A stretch of 64,000 nucleotides of DNA from Cyanobacteria bacterium P01_A01_bin.123 (GTDB lineage: Bacteria > Cyanobacteriota > Cyanobacteriia > Phormidesmidales > Phormidesmidaceae), in NCBI GenBank assembly GCA_039815185.1, contig JBCBZT010000034.1:1-64000 (forward strand), written 5' to 3'. Numbering within the stretch: position 1 is the stretch's first letter; each line of letters starts with the position of its first letter. This document shows positions 61,326 through 64,000 of this stretch, piece after piece. A model generated the notes under the pieces. It was not told the origin of the DNA. It worked only from the letters and a program-made list of their open reading frames with translations, and ran no database searches. The translations under genes were made by a program, and so were the position numbers.

Positions 61326-63344
61326 CTAGGCAGCATTTAAGTTCACTACCAATCCATTTCTAGACAGATAGTTTTCGAACTTGTGAATATCGATAGAGCC
61401 AGTTTGATCCGCATCCAAAATGCTAAATAGTTGTTCGACAATATAGGGGCGAATATCCTCTGCATTTCGTTGCCCAGTGGTCTGTGCCTCAATAAATCGC
61501 AGCAGCTCGAATAACTCAGCTTTATCCAACGATCGGTTGTTGTCCCTGTCAAAATAGTGAAATAGCTGGTGAGCATCTTCGGAAGTGATCCGCGAAGATC
61601 GTAAGGATTCTTTCAACATCTGTCGAGTAAACACATTCATAAAGAAGAGCTGCTCTAGAAGCGGGAAGAAGAAGAACCCAAACGCAGCCCAGAAAACGGC
61701 ATACTGCAAAATGGGATGCTCCCTCATGACGCTGGCCCCGTTGAGCAATGATGCCCATAGGAAAAAGTTGGGGGTGACCAGCAACAAATAAGCATCTTGA
61801 GCTTCAGCTTTATTTGCCCATTTTTTAGGCAACAGAATTGCTAACGCTGCCAGACCTCGCATCAGCAATAAACTCATCAACGCAATTCCCAGCTGCTGTA
61901 GACAAGCCAGGGAACTCTCTGGATTTACGCCCAGGAATATGTCTGAGATTAAGTGGGCAGGTGTGAACTGTAATCCCGCCGAAAATGCCATAATCGCCCC
62001 AGCAAAAATCCCGATAAATTTCCAGTTTTTACTGTGGTGATTAGAGTCTACAGGGGACTTGGTACGCCACAACTGCGCGATGACACCTGGCACCACTAGA
62101 CCCAATACCAGGATGATGTAGAAAACTTCCAGGCTGGCGGGATTAATAGGTAGCATGACGACGGATAGCAAACTGACGAGGGCTACCGAAACAAAAATGG
62201 ATAGGGCTTTAGATAAGACTGCTGAGGGGTATAGGTTGCCTCCCCAGAGGATTGACATGACGGGCGTAGACAGCGCTGGTGGCACCATCCAAAACAATAC
62301 CCATAACACCTTGTAAAGATCGTCTGCTCCCTGGTAGACCCAGCCCGATAACAATAGGGCAATGCCGCCACCCCAGCGCAGCAGCATCCAACCATTTACC
62401 ACTGTTGTGACAGTTCTGGAGACTTTACGACGGCTGGCTCTCAGGTCAATATCGAGATAGGCGTAGAATGTAGAAATGGCCAGACAGGTGAGAATAATGC
62501 CGGTGAATAAGATGGCGGGGATAGAAATTGTATTTACCACGGCTTTAATCACCACCCCAGTGATAAACGCAAATGCACTCAGGCCAATACCCCACATGGT
62601 TGCCAAGTCGTTGACTTTTTTACGTAAGGAGGCCGCGCCGCTCGACTCTTTACGCTGGAAGTTAACCAATGCCTCTCGGCTTAGAGCCTTACCATTGGGC
62701 AATTTAAGGTGATGATATTCTGTGGCCGGTAAGCCGCTTAAGTACAAAGCTAAGGGTTCTAAAACATACTGATGGCAGACAACAAGCACGTTTTCGCCAC
62801 GGTCTAGTCGAGGAACAATTTCATCCGCATAAAACTGAGCTACCCGGTCGTAAACCTGCTGAATACTCTCACCCGACGGCGGTGTTTCATTATGGGAATG
62901 TAGCAGTGCTTCAAAGCCGTCGTAGCCCAAAGCTAGACGCAGCAAGTTTTTGTTGCACTGGGCAAAGATGCCAAAGGATTTTTCACTAATGCGATGGTCA
63001 ATGTGGGGTTCAATATCTGGAGACTTGAGCGCACCGCTCACAGCCAGCGCGATATCACAGGTTTGTCGGGCTCGTTTCAGGTGAGAAACATAAACCGCAT
63101 CAAACGTGACGCCTTTTTTCTGGATATCATCACCGGCCTGTCGGGCCTGCATCTTACCAAATGCAGTTAGCTCAACATCTAAGACACCGGCAAAAATGTT
63201 GCGTTCGTTACTGGTACTTTCGCCATGGCGGACAAAGTAAACCGTGCCTTGACGACCGGAAGATACAGGCTTGGGATAGGGAGAATTGTGTGTAGAAGTT
63301 GCTGCTGGCCTAGACGCGGTTGGAGGAGTAATAACTGAAACCAT
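61326..63344 (-). CDS. histidine phosphatase (PGM-like) + multi-TM transporter-like domain + EF-hand pair
   Basis: VRHGES, S.L.RA.QT, GES, VVCH; about 9-10 TM with PP..S.PV....WGGN; DRDNNRSLDKAE and DADQTGSIDIHK. Confidence 0.8.
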   Translation of the reverse strand: MVSVITPPTASRPAATSTHNSPYPKPVSSGRQGTVYFVRHGESTSNERNIFAGVLDVELTAFGKMQARQAGDDIQKKGVTFDAVYVSHLKRARQTCDIALAVSGALKSPDIEPHIDHRISEKSFGIFAQCNKNLLRLALGYDGFEALLHSHNETPPSGESIQQVYDRVAQFYADEIVPRLDRGENVLVVCHQYVLEPLALYLSGLPATEYHHLKLPNGKALSREALVNFQRKESSGAASLRKKVNDLATMWGIGLSAFAFITGVVIKAVVNTISIPAILFTGIILTCLAISTFYAYLDIDLRASRRKVSRTVTTVVNGWMLLRWGGGIALLLSGWVYQGADDLYKVLWVLFWMVPPALSTPVMSILWGGNLYPSAVLSKALSIFVSVALVSLLSVVMLPINPASLEVFYIILVLGLVVPGVIAQLWRTKSPVDSNHHSKNWKFIGIFAGAIMAFSAGLQFTPAHLISDIFLGVNPESSLACLQQLGIALMSLLLMRGLAALAILLPKKWANKAEAQDAYLLLVTPNFFLWASLLNGASVMREHPILQYAVFWAAFGFFFFPLLEQLFFMNVFTRQMLKESLRSSRITSEDAHQLFHYFDRDNNRSLDKAELFELLRFIEAQTTGQRNAEDIRPYIVEQLFSILDADQTGSIDIHKFENYLSRNGLVVNLNAA

Positions 63345-63639
63345 TTGTCTTCTTTCCTTTAGGGTGGGCATGTAACAACTCATTCGATCCAGAAGAACAC
63401 CAGGTAACGACTGAGCGATAGGAACCGCTCGTGGATTTAGAGCTTAGGTACGGATATCCGCGCGATCGCTTTACGTTTTTTAATTTGTTGCGCCTAGCTG
63501 AGAACGACGGGTTAGTTAGCTGAGCGCATACTGATACTTTTCTGAGAAAATCCAGAAAACATAAAGAAAAGCACCCCTGTGGGTGCTTGCTGGGCATATC
63601 CAATAGGGCATCCATGTGGTGTTGAAGCCACACCATTGC

Positions 63640-63962
63640 AACTTGCTTCTTCCCTTATTACAACCTGGTCTTGGTTAACAGAAGCCATGTATTTGGCACT
63701 TCATCGAGGCGGATAGAGAATGCAAAAACAGTTAGGGCAACTACTTTTGAATAGACTGTTATCGGTTTACGAAATTCAAGAAGAGAATTATGGTCGTTTG
63801 TTTGAGTTAATGGAGCAATATCAAGATCGACCAATGGACTTAGCAGATGCGTCATTGGTTCTAGTTGCAGAGAGAACAGGAGCCAGGCAGATTCTCACCC
63901 TTGATTCGGATTTCCTATTTTATCGAATCTCAAATAAGGATACTTTTGAGGTCATCGATTAA
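63640..63962 (+). pseudogene. VapC/PIN toxin pseudogene
   Basis: LITTWSWLTEAMYL...GG*RMQKQ with in-frame TAG; MDLADASLV, ILTLDSDF; N-terminus absent. Confidence 0.7.
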
Positions 63963-64000
63963 ACTTCATGAGTGACCCTGTTAGTGCAACTCCGGAACGG

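Noticed and set aside
1..64000. Frequent GCGATCGC octamer
   Set aside because: HIP1, the well-known cyanobacterial genome signature; not locus-specific

Overview
Cyanobacterial chromosomal window (abundant HIP1 GCGATCGC, filamentous Leptolyngbyaceae-like gene content). It starts in core metabolism (dxr) and then runs through accessory DNA with many eroded gene remnants. Main blocks: (i) detox/regulator modules (non-heme haloperoxidase with MarR/OhrR, AraC, Tat-motif amidohydrolase, TetR-P450-MATE, where the P450 has lost its heme Cys). (ii) A 4-gene lipid/polyketide-like cluster: DarB/StlD-type ketosynthase fused to a heme-oxygenase-like diiron domain, an unknown protein, a Coq4-motif protein and a sulfotransferase. 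(iii) The most striking block, ~22.2-38 kb: a co-oriented ammonium/glutamine cluster (amt, an animal-GLS-like EF-hand/glutaminase/ankyrin protein, MinD-like ATPase, glsA, flavin amino-acid oxidase, an unannotated 51-aa in-frame-deleted mini-paralogue, and a Cache-HAMP-PAS-PAS sensor with no enzymatic output), preceded by an HTH-AAA and AAA-WD40 pair, with 9-bp tandem repeats upstream of both amt and the HTH-AAA gene. (iv) A two-component/redox/RND efflux region with a shared 16-bp OmpR-type box. (v) A PEP-CTERM protein made of four 129-aa repeats resembling a T-fold. (vi) An AT-rich island with an HTH-ATPase. (vii) A His-phosphatase/transporter/EF-hand fusion next to desaturase-like and methyltransferase genes. 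No rRNA, tRNA, CRISPR array or intact transposase was recognised. All family calls come from motif recognition by eye, not from database searches.
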